Source of the DNA: Octopus vulgaris
Taxonomy: Eukaryota
NCBI GenBank assembly: GCA_951406725.2
Contig: OX597816.1
Coordinates: forward strand, 120,094,001-120,158,000
DNA: 64,000 nucleotides
Direction of reading: 5' to 3'
The position numbers were made by a program, and so were the translations under genes. Shown here in pieces: positions 39,108 through 51,580 of the stretch (the stretch's first letter is position 1; every line of letters starts with the position of its first letter). A model generated the notes under the pieces. That model saw only the letters and a program-made list of their open reading frames with translations. It was not told where the DNA came from and did not search any database.

Positions 39108-41224
39108 GCTGTTAGATTTTTTTTTTTTAAACCACCAGAACAATTATATATAATAGTGAACTTCTGCTTATCATAGTATCTGAAGTCTATAGATCATATT
39201 TTAGACATAATATTTATAAATTCATTTTATCTGATACATGTTCATATAATCAATATTTAAATTGCTAAAAAAGAGTATTATATACAAGATAAATACTGAA
39301 TATTAGCTATCAGTAATTTTGGCTGCTAGCATATTTATACATTTATGTTTAATTCTATGTTCAAAGAGATCTCTTCAATTAATGATATATTTCAACAATT
39401 TTTCAAAAGTATGACAATGGGAATATGATTTATTTTTAAAAAATCTTTTTGGACTGACAGATTAAAATGTTTTGTAGTTATTTTTTTTCTTATAGAAGCA
39501 AATTTATCAATGCATCAAATAAATACAAATTCTTTTTAGATTCTGTCTTTCAGCAATACATTATATACTAATTTTTATTAATTGAGAGAACATTTTTTGA
39601 ATAGACCTGTGAAAAGTAAGGGAAAATAAATGAAACCTCATTACATATGAGTCTCTTTATCAATTTCTTTTATTACATTACACAAAAATAGATTAGTTTA
39701 TCTTTTGTTAGATACAGTAGATTATTTTTAGTACAAAACTGAAAATTTAGATGGCTAAGTAACCATAAGAATACTATTACTCACTGAAAAAACGGTTGGT
39801 TACTTATATAAATTGCAATGGGGAATAAAACACTTTTGAAAAAGTAGAGTAGCAGGTAAAAAAAGATGTCAAATGAATTTTTTATTGAGTGAATGTAGCA
39901 GAACAAGAAATGTGTGCCAATCATGTTAGAAAAACTAGTTATTTGGTTGTTTTGACAACTAAGAGAGGTTTAAAAAAACCAAAAAACCTGATAGTATTTG
40001 ACAACAAATCAGTTATCAAAAGCCATAAAAATAAATTTACATGCTTGTTTTAGTATTATTTCACAATAAATTTGTAGTGAATACCTCTTGCTGACCGCCT
40101 ATGTACAACTAGAAAAGAATGTACATATTCCCATTTCTCAGACTAATTTGTATTATTCAAACATCAGAAATCCTTTCAGTATGATCATAAGAGAATATAG
40201 AAATATACATATTACTATTATAGTTGATGAAAATCAAGTAAAACAGAATATGTTTTTGAAGGTCTAGTTTTTTTTTTTAATGGAAAAGCTAGACCTGTAG
40301 TTTCCATGAAATTGTGGGATGGAGAATTAGGTGGGGGCTGGTTCTATTGATATTATTTTTGAAGAACTGCATATATGTAGTTGTCTATTCCCAGATCAGC
40401 CTCTATAGAGCAGACCTATGATCAAAGGCATTCCAGCCATGATCATTCCCATCTTTTATTTATTTTTTGAATTATAGTATCCAATATGCCCTTTTGTTAA
40501 GAGTGTAGGGGGTGATTAGAGGGAACTTGGTTGCTATTTCTAGCAGGCCATATAGCTATGTAGAGGTGCTTTCATTTATTCAAATATATTTCACAAGCAG
40601 GACACTCCCAAACCTGAGCACTGTATACAATAATTTCATTATTATTATTATACTACTCAATGAGGAGATTTGAAGAAATTGTTAAAAAGGGAGCAGTAAG
40701 GAAATTTAGGTTAGAGAAGTGTAGTATAGGGGTTTTAACTGGGACTGGGCTAAAACCTATAGATACTTTAGTGATGGGAGGGAAGAAATATGCTAATGAA
40801 TCAGAGGCTGGTGTATATTAGGGAAGTGAGATTACCAATTAAAATATTTCTTTTTTAGTGTTCATTTAAGGACATTGTAATAAAAAGAAAAAAGGTGTAA
40901 AAAATGGAATAGAGAAGAAAAGACTTTTGGAAGAAGAATCCGATTTATTTAAGTTGATGGCTTACAACAGAAATTCAAAATGGTTGAAAAATTCTCCTAC
41001 AAAATGTTACAAGTTTGAACAAAAGAATTAGAACTGAAATATTTTTCAAAATAATCTGTGAATGGGCTGAAAAGAAATGAGTATAATATGAAAAGAGAAC
41101 AAGAGAATTGCAATGAAAAGAAGTAGTAAGAAAAATTTGTTGGTTGACAAAAATAGAAATTTGAATAAGAATTAGTTGTGTTTAGTTTTCTTTTAGTGAA
41201 GATGAGAGCAAATCTGACATCAAT

Positions 41225-41410
41225 TATATGGGGTTGATGTCTTTGCTAGGTTCAAGACCTTTCAATTCTAAGCTTTGTTTTACATTTGAAATTTCTTCTC
41301 TAACTCTTTGATCAGTTCAGCTGTGAGAATTAAGTCATCAACATATAGAAGTTCCCGGTGACAGCCAGTCTTAAACTTCTCTGTTATGACCAGGAGAACT
41401 ATAAGTGTAG
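41225..41410 (-). mobile_element. RTE LINE RT fragment
   Basis: VITEKFKTGCHRELLYVDDLILTAELIKELEKKFQM, homologous to 58930-59045. Confidence 0.82.
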
Positions 41411-42574
41411 TTGCTTCCATTTTACAATCTCTCTCAAAGTACTTTGCATCATACCCACCTTGAAGCATTGTACCAATCAAGAACAGAAGAGCTTTTTGTG
41501 GTGTTTCGGTTGTTTGATGTCTATTTTTCTTATCTGAAAAGGGAGTTGGTGTAGTGAGGGCTGAGGGCTTCTCACATATGGTCTGATGTTCTTACCTAAG
41601 CATGCCACTACAATGCACAGCAGTAACATAGTGTACTGTATATCCAATTAGAATTTCTTGTTATTTTTGCCATTTTTTTAATAGTTGGATGCTCTCCAAT
41701 CACAAATCACATTACAAAATGGACTGAGTGCATTTTATTGTGCCTACCACATAAGAGAGGCTGTCATACAGGACTAAAGTGTTCCTACTTCAACATATCA
41801 GGTTTTTCTTGTGTGGTTACTCTTCCAGATGGATTGCCTTCACTGCAGCTTAAGGAATCTTTGTACTAAACTTTATCCAGAATTACTACTCTACAAGAAG
41901 GTTGCTGGAGAATTCAACAGTTTAGTTGGATCTTCATTACACTTGTGGGGCCATGTCTCTCCATAATATTGTGATATGTGCACATACATGCCATACTGTT
42001 AAAGGTACAAACAGTAAGGTGGAGGAGGATTACAATAAATTGGTTAGTTTGAATGGAGTGTCTGAGTTTCTAGACTATTTGTATTTTAGACATTACTGTG
42101 GTATCATCTATCTCCATGGTATTAGTAATGTATCTAACTACTGGTTGAAACTCTCTTGAGACTCCCACAGTTTGTCAAGGTTAGTCCTTATAGTGTAGTA
42201 AAGATAACTGGGAATGAAGCATTTTTTCAGGTTTCTGATAAAGGGGTTGTTGATGGGCTAGTCAGCAAATAGAATTAAGAAAGTGGAAGCTCTAATTCAT
42301 GTTAGCATCAAATATAGAAAGCACATGCATTTTTAAACAATTTTCTTTCACTTTCTGCTAGTTTGCAGCACAGTGTTAAATCATTCTGGAGTGCTTTAAA
42401 GACACACAACTAAAGATAACATTGCAGGTAATGGAAAAGATGATTATTTTATATTATACAAGACTATAGTGGAAACACAAGAACAGTCTCCTAGATTACT
42501 TTGAATGAATCTAATATACGATATCATGGTAGAAAGAGATTGGTTTTTCTGGCTAGAGTTAGAATAAATAGCGA

Positions 42575-42724
42575 GTCATTTTCTGTTGTGTCTGGGGAGA
42601 GTCATACTCTTTTAGTGCCTTATTATTTAACACACTCACCGGTAAAATTTCCACTTATTTTTATTTTCTAAAATTTTCGTTGCGTCTTGCAACCTGATTC
42701 TCCCCAGACACAATAGAATATGCT
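42575..42724. mobile_element. ~150-bp inverted-repeat element (MITE-like)
   Basis: CATTTTCTGTTGTGTCTGGGGAGAGTCA ... TGATTCTCCCCAGACACAATAGAATATG, a 28-bp imperfect inverted repeat. Confidence 0.75.
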
Positions 42725-44952
42725 TCAACACATGAACTCATATAAAGAATCTTGCAAACCAAATCCAAAAACGAAATAGCAAATCATGTTTGAGGGGAAA
42801 CAAATGGAAAAAAACAATTCTTGATATTTTTGAAGAGAGATCCTAATCAACATGACAATATCATCATCATTATGATCATTGAGCTCATTCATTGTTACTA
42901 TTATCATCATAATTTTATGTCCGCTTTTCCATGTTGGCATGGTTTGGCTGGGCAGTCACAATCTAAGTCAGTTCTTACTCAGAGTTACTTCTAAACAGAG
43001 TTAAACTTTTCTTTTTCTGCATGGTTTTATAGCTGACTGCTTTTTCAATCACCAACTACTTTACAATGTATATTAGGTGCATTTTATAATGACACTACAC
43101 AAAAAGATTATCTTGTGTCTGTTAAGACTAGAAAGCCCTCTCAATTGTTTCTGTTCACAAGCACGCAAAAAAAGAAACGCAATTAATCTTTAAGCAAGTC
43201 TGAAGAGTCATCAATATTGTCAAGTGTAATAGTTGAGACATGAAACTGTTGGTAACATTCTGACTAGTTATATATCATAACTCGTAATATACAGCTTGAA
43301 AATATAAAAATATAGCAGTCCTATTTCTCTTTTAGAATGTTTATTTTTCTGATTTATGGACAACTATATATTTCCTGAGCGTCCAATAATACTTTATTTG
43401 TTCCACGTCCTTGCATTGTTGTGTTTTTTTGTTTTCGTGTTTGGATTAACTATATATATATATATATATATACACCTGCTTGTTGCTTATACACCTGTCT
43501 TCATCTTGTTTTTCTGTAAATTTCAACTATACATATGTATGTATAAATAGCCTTTTATACATTTCAGCTCAAAGGCCGTGGCCACACACACGTGATGTAT
43601 TATCTTGTATCCAATGCATAAGGGCCAAAGAATTTTACTTTTTTCCTCCTTTCCCTTCTTTCTTGCTTTTACATTCCTTTCTTTTTCCCTTTTCTCTCCC
43701 TCCTCCCCCACACAAGGGGATGCTTTTCAGGATGATCTTGATAAAAAGAAAAGTTTGCAAATCGCCACACAGTGATTTGCATAAGGTGTTAATGACTGAT
43801 AGCAACAGTAGTTGCAAGTATGCCACAAAGACATGAACAGCAGACCTCAATTGACTCTCATGAGTTTCTTCTACCTTTTGACGGGTCTTGGATTTCATCC
43901 CACAGGGTGTCCAGAAATCACCCTCATCACCAAGCAAGCTAAGTGGGGTTGTTGGTTTAGTAGCCAATGACCCAGCCATGTGATAGGTCGTACTGGGTTA
44001 TGTTACCAGTAGCACTTGAAAACAACCAATCAGTGTGTGTGTTTGTGTGTGTGCACGTGACAAAATTACTGAGAACAGTAATTTTCTCTTAGAGCACATT
44101 ATTTCTTCTATATCTGAAAATCTGGTAGACTGCCTCCAAAATTATCAGCATCAAAAGAAACTGATATGTGAAATACGTTTAATGTAACTATGCCATTAGA
44201 TATGCATAAGATACACGTAATGTGGTCATTATCTACATAATAATACTAACTCGATCCAGAAATTGAGAATTATTCACCAATCAAGAATGCGCGTGCGTGT
44301 GTATGTATGAGAGGCAGAGAGTGAAAGAGGGGGGATGAGTGAGTGTGTGTTTGTGTACGTGCGTGTGAGTCTATGCCTGTGTGCATGTATGAATGCAAAA
44401 GAGAGAATGTATGTTACTTTTTACTCTTTAAGCTACTGCAATTGATAGTAATTAATTGCGAATTATTAGTTAACGTAAGATAATGCATTTGTCTCAGTGA
44501 ATAATAAAGGGAATTGCGTTGAGAATACGCTTCACTCAATCCTTTCACAATAATAGGATTTAAGTGTTTATTAATAGCTGCGGTGAACTGATTGGTGACG
44601 GGAGGTGAAGAGAAGGTAATTTTAGAGAAAGCCAGCATGGTCAAAGTCAGAGCTGTAAAGGTGCGAAATCACACACACACATGAATGATTGATGTTAGTG
44701 AAAAAGGAGGGAGGCCTACGATTTCTAATCTAAAGAAAGGTTTATAACTGAAGTTATTGAGAATCCTTACTGGTAAGCAGTAGTAGGGGATTGACACCTG
44801 TATATATCGGTATAGAAGTCCGCAACATGTATCGAGTAGGTATATTAATTACGCCTATATGTGTATCAGAAAAAATAAAAAATAAACTACATTGCAGTCG
44901 AAGTTGACAGCAAGTCTTCACTTCAACAAATTTTCAAAAGCAAAGGATTAAG

Positions 44953-44993
<41 letters not shown>

Positions 44994-46124
44994 AAAATGA
45001 ATACATATATATTTACAAATACATACACACATTTTTTACATATATATGTGTGTACATATGCATTTGTATCTCTCTCTCTCTACGCACACACACCTGTTTC
45101 CATGCGTCTCGGTATACAAGCATACACACACGGCTTCGGAAATGCAAATCTGTTTAATTTGTAGCAAAGGACACAAATCTCAAACATCTATCAACGCATT
45201 TGATGGTTTCTATTGCTTGTATTATATTTTTTACACATAAATTTCCCGCACTTGTTATACCGACTTCAAAAGGTTCATAGGCTGAGTCAGAGGGTGATTG
45301 ATTTCTTTGACACGACACAAGCTCGAAGTTTTATAGACAGAGGCAGAGTCGACTAAATGAATGCTGTTATAACTACCTATTGTATCTATTTCTCGAGAGA
45401 ATTAAAGGCAATAAGTAAAATATAGACAGAGAAGGTGCAAAGAAGGCGGAAGAAAATGTGCGCTTGATTGGTAGTAACCAACGAGTGAGGGCAGAAATAT
45501 CCGGACCAAGGAAGTACCTACGTGCATGTTCGACCTTCTAGAAGTAGCAGCCCTATCTTCCTCAAAATCACACCTGAGCATCCTAGAAAAGACACTAAGG
45601 AGTGTAGTCTGAAATACACTGGGCCTGAATAAAACATAAGTTGGTCATGGATGGAATATCTTTGATCAAAGGTCTACTCGCCCAGGGCTAAACGACAAAA
45701 TCAACACCCATCTCTTATAAGTATATGTGTGTGTATTCGTTATACAAACAAGATAAATAGAACTAAAAACATGAGCACACACATATACACACACTCACAA
45801 TTTTTAATTGGCAGAAGTTACAAAGTAACTCAAGGATCGAAAGTTTCGTGTGTGGCACACACAAGCATGCATGTATGTATGTATGTATGCCTCAATGTAA
45901 GTGGGTATGCCCCTCCCCCCTTCTATGCATGCTCAGCAAAGACGTAATATTATACGAACTATTCAAGACAACAGGTATGAAATCAGGTATAAATTCTAAG
46001 CGAAGAAATCGTGAAGACAAATTATGTTTCAGACTATAATGAAAAGCGCTAAGCACGGAACTTGCAACAACTCATAATAAAAATATAACGAATTGATTAA
46101 TTTAAGTTTCCACGGCTTGCATGG

Positions 46125-46752
46125 TGCATAAGATATGTGTGTGTATGTGTCACCAGAGGGGCCTGTGACAGTGTGATACGTGTACTTTGCGTTGTGCATG
46201 TGCTTGTGTTTATTTGTGTAGTGTATATAAGCGGTGAGTGAGATGTGTGCGCCTAGAGAGATATGTAAATATGTGGGGGGGGGGGGGGAGTGCACGTGTA
46301 TGGTGCTTCATGCATGTATGTGTGTCGAGTGTGTACCCTGTGTGTATATGAAATACGACTATGCGTGTGGTGCACGAGACGTCCGTGATTTATTGAATCT
46401 GTGCGCATAGGTGTCGTATATGTGTTGTGAGCGATGTATGGTGTGTGCAGTGTATGTGAGGTATAGTGATAAATATATACATATATATGGCTGTAGTACA
46501 TATGTGTGACGTGTGTAAAGTATGCAAGTGTTGAATATTGTTAATGTAATGTAATCTAACCGTGTAGGTGTGTATGAGCGTGCATGTTATGGATACAGTG
46601 TAAGCAGGTCGGTATATGGAAAAGAATATCCATTAACTAAATATTCAGAGTATCTCATTGATTTGCAACTTTCTCTACCTCGACACACACACACACGCAC
46701 GCACACACTCACGCACACACACACACGCGTGCGCGCACATGCACACACACAC
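46125..46752. repeat. Degenerate (GT/CA)-rich simple-sequence region with a poly-G run
   Basis: Cryptic GT repeats 46125-46620, G run near 46275-46288, alternating CA/CG tract 46683-46752. Confidence 0.8.
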
Positions 46753-47124
46753 TTTAAACTCACACTTGTTGCTCGAGCTATTTATTTCCAACTACAGAAA
46801 CTTATTTATTGTTGAGAACAAAAATCATTATTGATCAAGATGTAATCGAATCTCCATAAATTTATTTATACACACACAAACAATATGAAAAAAATAAAAA
46901 TGTAACGAATTCGTACTTGTGGATGTGCATATATGCATTTATGCTTTAGTGTGTTTATGTACTTCCAAAACTGAGTATTACATCAATAATATATACCTAA
47001 AAATGCCCCTGCCAAAATAATTTAACATTACTATATGCATCTTTCTTTAAATCATTCTTAGCCTTTAACCCGCTAAACAAGAAATCGATAATTATAATAT
47101 AATAAAGACTTTTTTTCAACTTAC

Positions 47125-47197
47125 CATGGAGATGGACAGTTACAGAAGTATCAGCACCGCGATCGAGCAATATAATATCTTCTGCTGAATAATTCAT
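47125..47197 (-). CDS. Putative glucose-6-phosphate 1-epimerase (aldose 1-epimerase family), coding exon 1
   Basis: MNYSAEDIILLDRGADTSVTVHLH(G) then gtaagt donor (phase 1); matches the family N-terminus LDRGxxxxxxxxLHGAT. Confidence 0.85.
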
Positions 47198-47446
47198 GAT
47201 TTAAAACAAAAATATATTCGCCAATATTAACTGTTATCCTTTTTGGCTTGTTGTTCAAAGACTTTTTTATGCAATTTGATAATCAAAATGTTTAAGACAC
47301 GATTGATATTATTGAAAGAAGACGCGAAAACATTGACGGAAAGAAGAAGAAGACTTCCCTGATTGAAGGAGTGACCGTGTCGTCTGCCTCGACTAGGCAC
47401 GTGGGTGGTACTACGGTATGACGTCACTTCCGTTACACGATCGAAA
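47198..47446. promoter_or_regulatory. Bidirectional promoter/5'UTRs between epimerase-like and PTCD2-like genes
   Basis: 249 bp between divergent ATGs; E-box CACGTG 47398-47403, CRE TGACGTCA 47419-47426 overlapping ETS ACTTCCG 47426-47432, YY1-like AAAATGGCG over the PTCD2 start; CpG-rich. Confidence 0.8.
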
Positions 47447-47561
47447 ATGGCGACTCGCTGTTCTCTACATGTGCTTCGCCGAACTTGTCACCTTTACAAT
47501 TCTTTCGCGTCGTCACCATGGATGTTTACTTCTTATCTCACTCCTGTCAATATAAAGCCAA
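47447..47561 (+). CDS. PTCD2: PTCD2-like mitochondrial PPR protein, coding exon 1
   Basis: AAAATGGCG start; MATRCSLHVLRRTCHLYNSFASSPWMFTSYLTPVNIKP is Arg/Ser-rich with no acidic residues, like a mitochondrial presequence; phase-1 donor A|gtaacc matches exon 2. Confidence 0.8.
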
Positions 47562-48424
47562 GTAACCACTTTCTTCACATTCTTCTACTGTTCCCACTAA
47601 GTGTTTAAGTTCGTCTGCAAGAAAGTTGCAATGTTTGTGTGTGTGTACATATATATAGCACTTATTTTATGTGTGTTTAATAGATTTATATTTATTGATT
47701 ATTTAACTATTTTAAAGGAAAACATCGTTTATGGATAATCTTTTAATGTCTTGTTGGTGGAGGTAAAGAATACTTACACCACTCGTTTTCGGCGTAACAA
47801 AAACCCTAACCACTGGGCGTACGTATTCTTTACTTTCGCTGTTGTGTCTACGGAGAATCATTATACCAATATTATTAACACACGAATTCATAAAGAATTT
47901 CGCAAACCGAATACAAAGACGATTTTAATGTGATGTTCTACGCTTTAGCTCTTTAATAACAATTTAGTAAGTACAATTTACTAAATTGTTATGAAAGAGC
48001 TAAAATTTTAATAAAGCAGTGACTTATTTTGAACAGCTGATAGAACTACTAAATTGTATTCCTCTATTTTCATTTAATGGTTTGTGAACAAAAACAAATA
48101 TATAAAAATTTCCTCTCGCTCGCTTGCGATACTCTTAATGTCCTTGAGAAAAAGCATAAATATCAAACATTTCAGTCCCTTTCTATAAATCTCTCGTCTT
48201 GAGCTTGTGCTATATCAATAATAACACTTATATAGGGTGCTTAAGCCAGAATTCCCCCAAAACTTTTAATGATTTTTGAAGGTCAAGTCTTGTAATCTTT
48301 AACTATTGTTTATTAAAAAGATTCTCACTGATTCTTGAACGACCTCGAGTCTCTGAAAGTCATCTTCCCTTAGAATATTATAATTTTATCTTTTGAAAGT
48401 TAAATAATAACATTTTAATTATTC

Positions 48425-48772
48425 TAGGTTCAGGCTTGGCTGTTTGGTAAGAAGCTTGCTTCCCAACCACATGGTTCTGAGTTTAATCCCACTGCGTGAC
48501 ACCATGGGCAAGTGTCTTCTACTATAGTCTTGGTCTGACCAAACCCCTGTGAATGAATTTGGTAGTATATCATTGTGTCTGTGTTCGTCCCTCATCACCG
48601 GTATTGGTGTGTTTACGCCCCCGTAACTCATCGGGTCGACAAAAGAGACCGATAGAATAAGTACCAGCTTAAAAAAAAAACAGTACTGGGGTCGATACGT
48701 TCGACTAAAAAAATTCTTCAAGGCGGTGCCCCAGTATGGCCGCAGTCTAATACCTGAAACAAGTTAAAAGAT
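48425..48772 (+). mobile_element. Octopus tRNA-derived SINE in PTCD2 intron 1
   Basis: TGGCTGTTTGGTAAGAAGCTTGCT head, ATGGGCAAGTGTCTT core, GACCGATAGAATAAGTACC, ...GAAACAAGTTAAAAGA tail. Confidence 0.88.
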
Positions 48773-49736
48773 GTTTACCGGAAGTTTGTAATCACTGGGT
48801 TATGCTGTCTTATTTATGAGTTTGAATTCATTTATACTTTAAGTTTGGAGCAGACCGTTTTTCTTTTTTTATGTTATCGATTTCTGAATATCTGCGGCTG
48901 GCTTTATAAGAATGGTTAGTGATTTTTCGTTGCTAATGAAAGGTTTTGAGCTCGATTCTGGAGCAGTTGATCCTTTCACCTGTATCACGTAACGTGTTCG
49001 CTCTACCTGCTGGGAATAGCAGTTAGGCCTCCATCAAGTCACCCTATACCTTTAAAAAAATGGTTCTACGATCTACTTAAAAAAATAGTTACGGGAAATT
49101 GTACTCTTTGTACACAGATAGGGCCTCACATAGTTGGTAGTGAGCCAAAGAAGGAGCCTCTCTATTAGCTGTTCTATCTAGAAATAGCAGTCAAATCTCA
49201 TTCAAATAACATACTACCATTTAAAAACATGAGATACTTTTAATAAAAGTAGTTCTAGATATTCCTAACAAGGTAGGATGGTCACAAGTGGAATGTTTTG
49301 ATCTTAGGCCTGTTTGATTAGCATTTATCTGAGGCCAGACCAACCTATTTTCAGCTGGTTGGACTGATCTATAGTAACACAGTCTTCCTAATGAGATATG
49401 GCTCATAACTGTTTATGCAGATGCAACTCTCTCTATATGTTGCATAAACTGGGTTATTAACTGAAATTAGGAAAATCCTAAGCTGACTAATCTGCAAAAC
49501 AAAATTCCATAGATTGTTAAATTTTATTGCTATGATCCATTCCTCACAGAACTCAAATGTATTAACAAACTACAAAATCTCCTTCAGATTAATTATTGCC
49601 AACACCCACCTACATCAGTTTCTTTAGATTTGAAGCTTGAGCAATTACTAAGATTAATTTTCTCTTACTCAGTTGTAGCCTCCCCACCAAAAATAAAATC
49701 AATTTTGACATCATGCTTTTTTTTTTTAAATTTTAG

Positions 49737-49829
49737 ATTGCAGACATTTATTCAGTCAGGAGATCTTGGGTTTGGATAATTACCAGCGCCAACGGATTTT
49801 AATTACAGATCGACTTGGAGATTTAAGAC
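49737..49829 (+). CDS. PTCD2: PTCD2-like coding exon 2
   Basis: poly-T tract + ttttag acceptor, gtaaga donor; (N)CRHLFSQEILGLDNYQRQRILITDRLGDLR; 93 nt, phase 1 to 1. Confidence 0.88.
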
Positions 49830-50159
49830 GTAAGAATTTAATATTTGATTTTTCATAGCTTATTCAAAATATTTTAATACTGGTTAGAGTCCCAATAAAT
49901 ATTTTATTTGTCCATTCTTCATATAATTTAATAACAGGATGACACTTGAAGTATTGGAGAGAACGTAATTTAATCATCATTATCTCCTCTTCCCATATTG
50001 GAATGGATTGGTTGGTTCAACAGGATCCAATGGTTTTGCTGCAATGTCTCAGTTTTAGCTCAGTTTCTATGGCTGAACATCCTTCCTGTACAGAGTATAT
50101 TGGGTACATTTTTCATGGTTGCCACCATGTGAGGTTGCCATGTTACTCACAATATTTTT

Positions 50160-50590
50160 GAGCTCTAATGGTGGAGGCAACCTGTGGAAGGGGTAGCCCC
50201 AGGAAGACATAGGATGAAGTGGTGAGAAAGAACCTTCGGATGCTGGGCCGCATTGAGGAAATGACAAAGGACTGGGAGTTGTGGTGATTTGCTGTACTTG
50301 AAAAGGCACATTAAGCTAGGTAAAATCACCGTCTTCCAAACACACAGGTTTGTCCTTTCAGATGCTAGTGCCATATAAAATGCAACCATGCCTGTGCTGG
50401 TAGCACGTAAAAAGCACTCAACACACTCCGCTAAGTGGTTGGTGTAAAGAAGGACATCCAGCTGTAGAAACAATGCCACAACAGACAGTTGGCATCTGGA
50501 TAGCTCCCCAGTTGGCCAGCTCCATCCATGTCAAACTGTTTAACCCATGCCAGCATGGAAAATGGACATTAAACAATGATGGTGATGAAG
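50160..50590 (+). mobile_element. RTE 3' end plus (GAT)n-tailed SINE-like segment
   Basis: Matches 59780-59930 and the CCCATGCCAGCATGGAAA...GATGAT tail. Confidence 0.72.
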
Positions 50591-50787
50591 AATTAACTCT
50601 TGAATCACAAGAGAAGCATGGAATTAGAGGATTGAAAATAAATAAGATCATAACTAAGAGTTTTGTCGGTGATATCTAACAGCAATAAATTGTTCTGTTT
50701 AGCATATGGGGCAAAAGAAAATGGTTAATCTTCACTTGTACCTGGTTGGAAAGAAGTATGTAAAACCAATGCATTTTAAGCAATAAA

Positions 50788-51291
50788 TGTCTTGCAAACA
50801 ACTTGCACATGCAAGTGCTACCAGTCAAAAGCTCCGTATACCAGAAGCCAGCAAGTGTATGGGGTCATCAGGAGAGAATGCGCGTCGTTTCGGAGCCTAC
50901 CTCTCGACGGCATCAATGTGCTTTGTTAGATCAGCTGGTTATCAAGTTAAGCTCAATATCCTTCTAGCCATCGCTCATCGTCTCTTTTTAACCAAATCCA
51001 GTGGCTAGCCTTCTCCACTGTAGATTGGATATCAGTCATGGTGGTATTGACTTTATGATGAGTTAGGCCTAGCAATAACAACAGTCGTCTCACACTGTGT
51101 CCAATGAACCCTCTACATCCGACTTCGATTGGAAAATGTTCCGCTTTCCAGCCTGCGTCTTCACATTCCTTGAGGAGGTTTACATAACGGTTCAATTTTC
51201 GAGCCTGAGCGGCGTCCATATTATCTTCATGAGGAACCGTTAACTCGACTATATTTACAACTTTCTTTTTTTCACACCACATCAAAATATC
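50788..51291 (-). mobile_element. HERO-like RLE non-LTR retrotransposon 3' fragment
   Basis: Open frame DILMWCEKKKVVNIVELTVPHED...RKLNRY...GWKAEHFPIEVGCRGF...EKASHWIWLKR: restriction-like endonuclease domain, plus ~165 nt of 3' UTR. Confidence 0.87.
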
Positions 51292-51444
51292 TAAACTAAA
51301 ATAACTAAACCAGACAAAATTTTACTCAGTGGTAGACTGGCATTTTAAATAATGTTCTTTTCTCCATGCTTGCCAGTTATGAAACATTCTTTGATATATC
51401 TACCTGTTGTGTAATGTTCTTTTTGGTCCTGTTCTTTTTCATAG

Positions 51445-51580
51445 CAAAATTTATTGAAAGAATGAAGTCTTTAGCCAACAACGATAGAATTGACAGAATC
51501 TTCACTGATGATCTAAAGACCATGGCTTACATTGCTGCACACAAAGAAGAAATTGAGCTTGTTCAAAATATGCTTATAAA
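51445..51580 (+). CDS. PTCD2: PTCD2-like coding exon 3
   Basis: tttttcatag acceptor, gtaaga donor; (P)KFIERMKSLANNDRIDRIFTDDLKTMAYIAAHKEEIELVQNMLI(K); IFTDDLK resembles the invertebrate PTCD2 IFTEDLK motif. Confidence 0.9.

Noticed and set aside
43830-44030. GC-richer segment resembling a non-LTR retrotransposon 5' UTR, possibly with an HDV-like ribozyme
   Set aside because: The nested double pseudoknot could not be built by eye and no ORF follows; needs an Rfam/Dfam search
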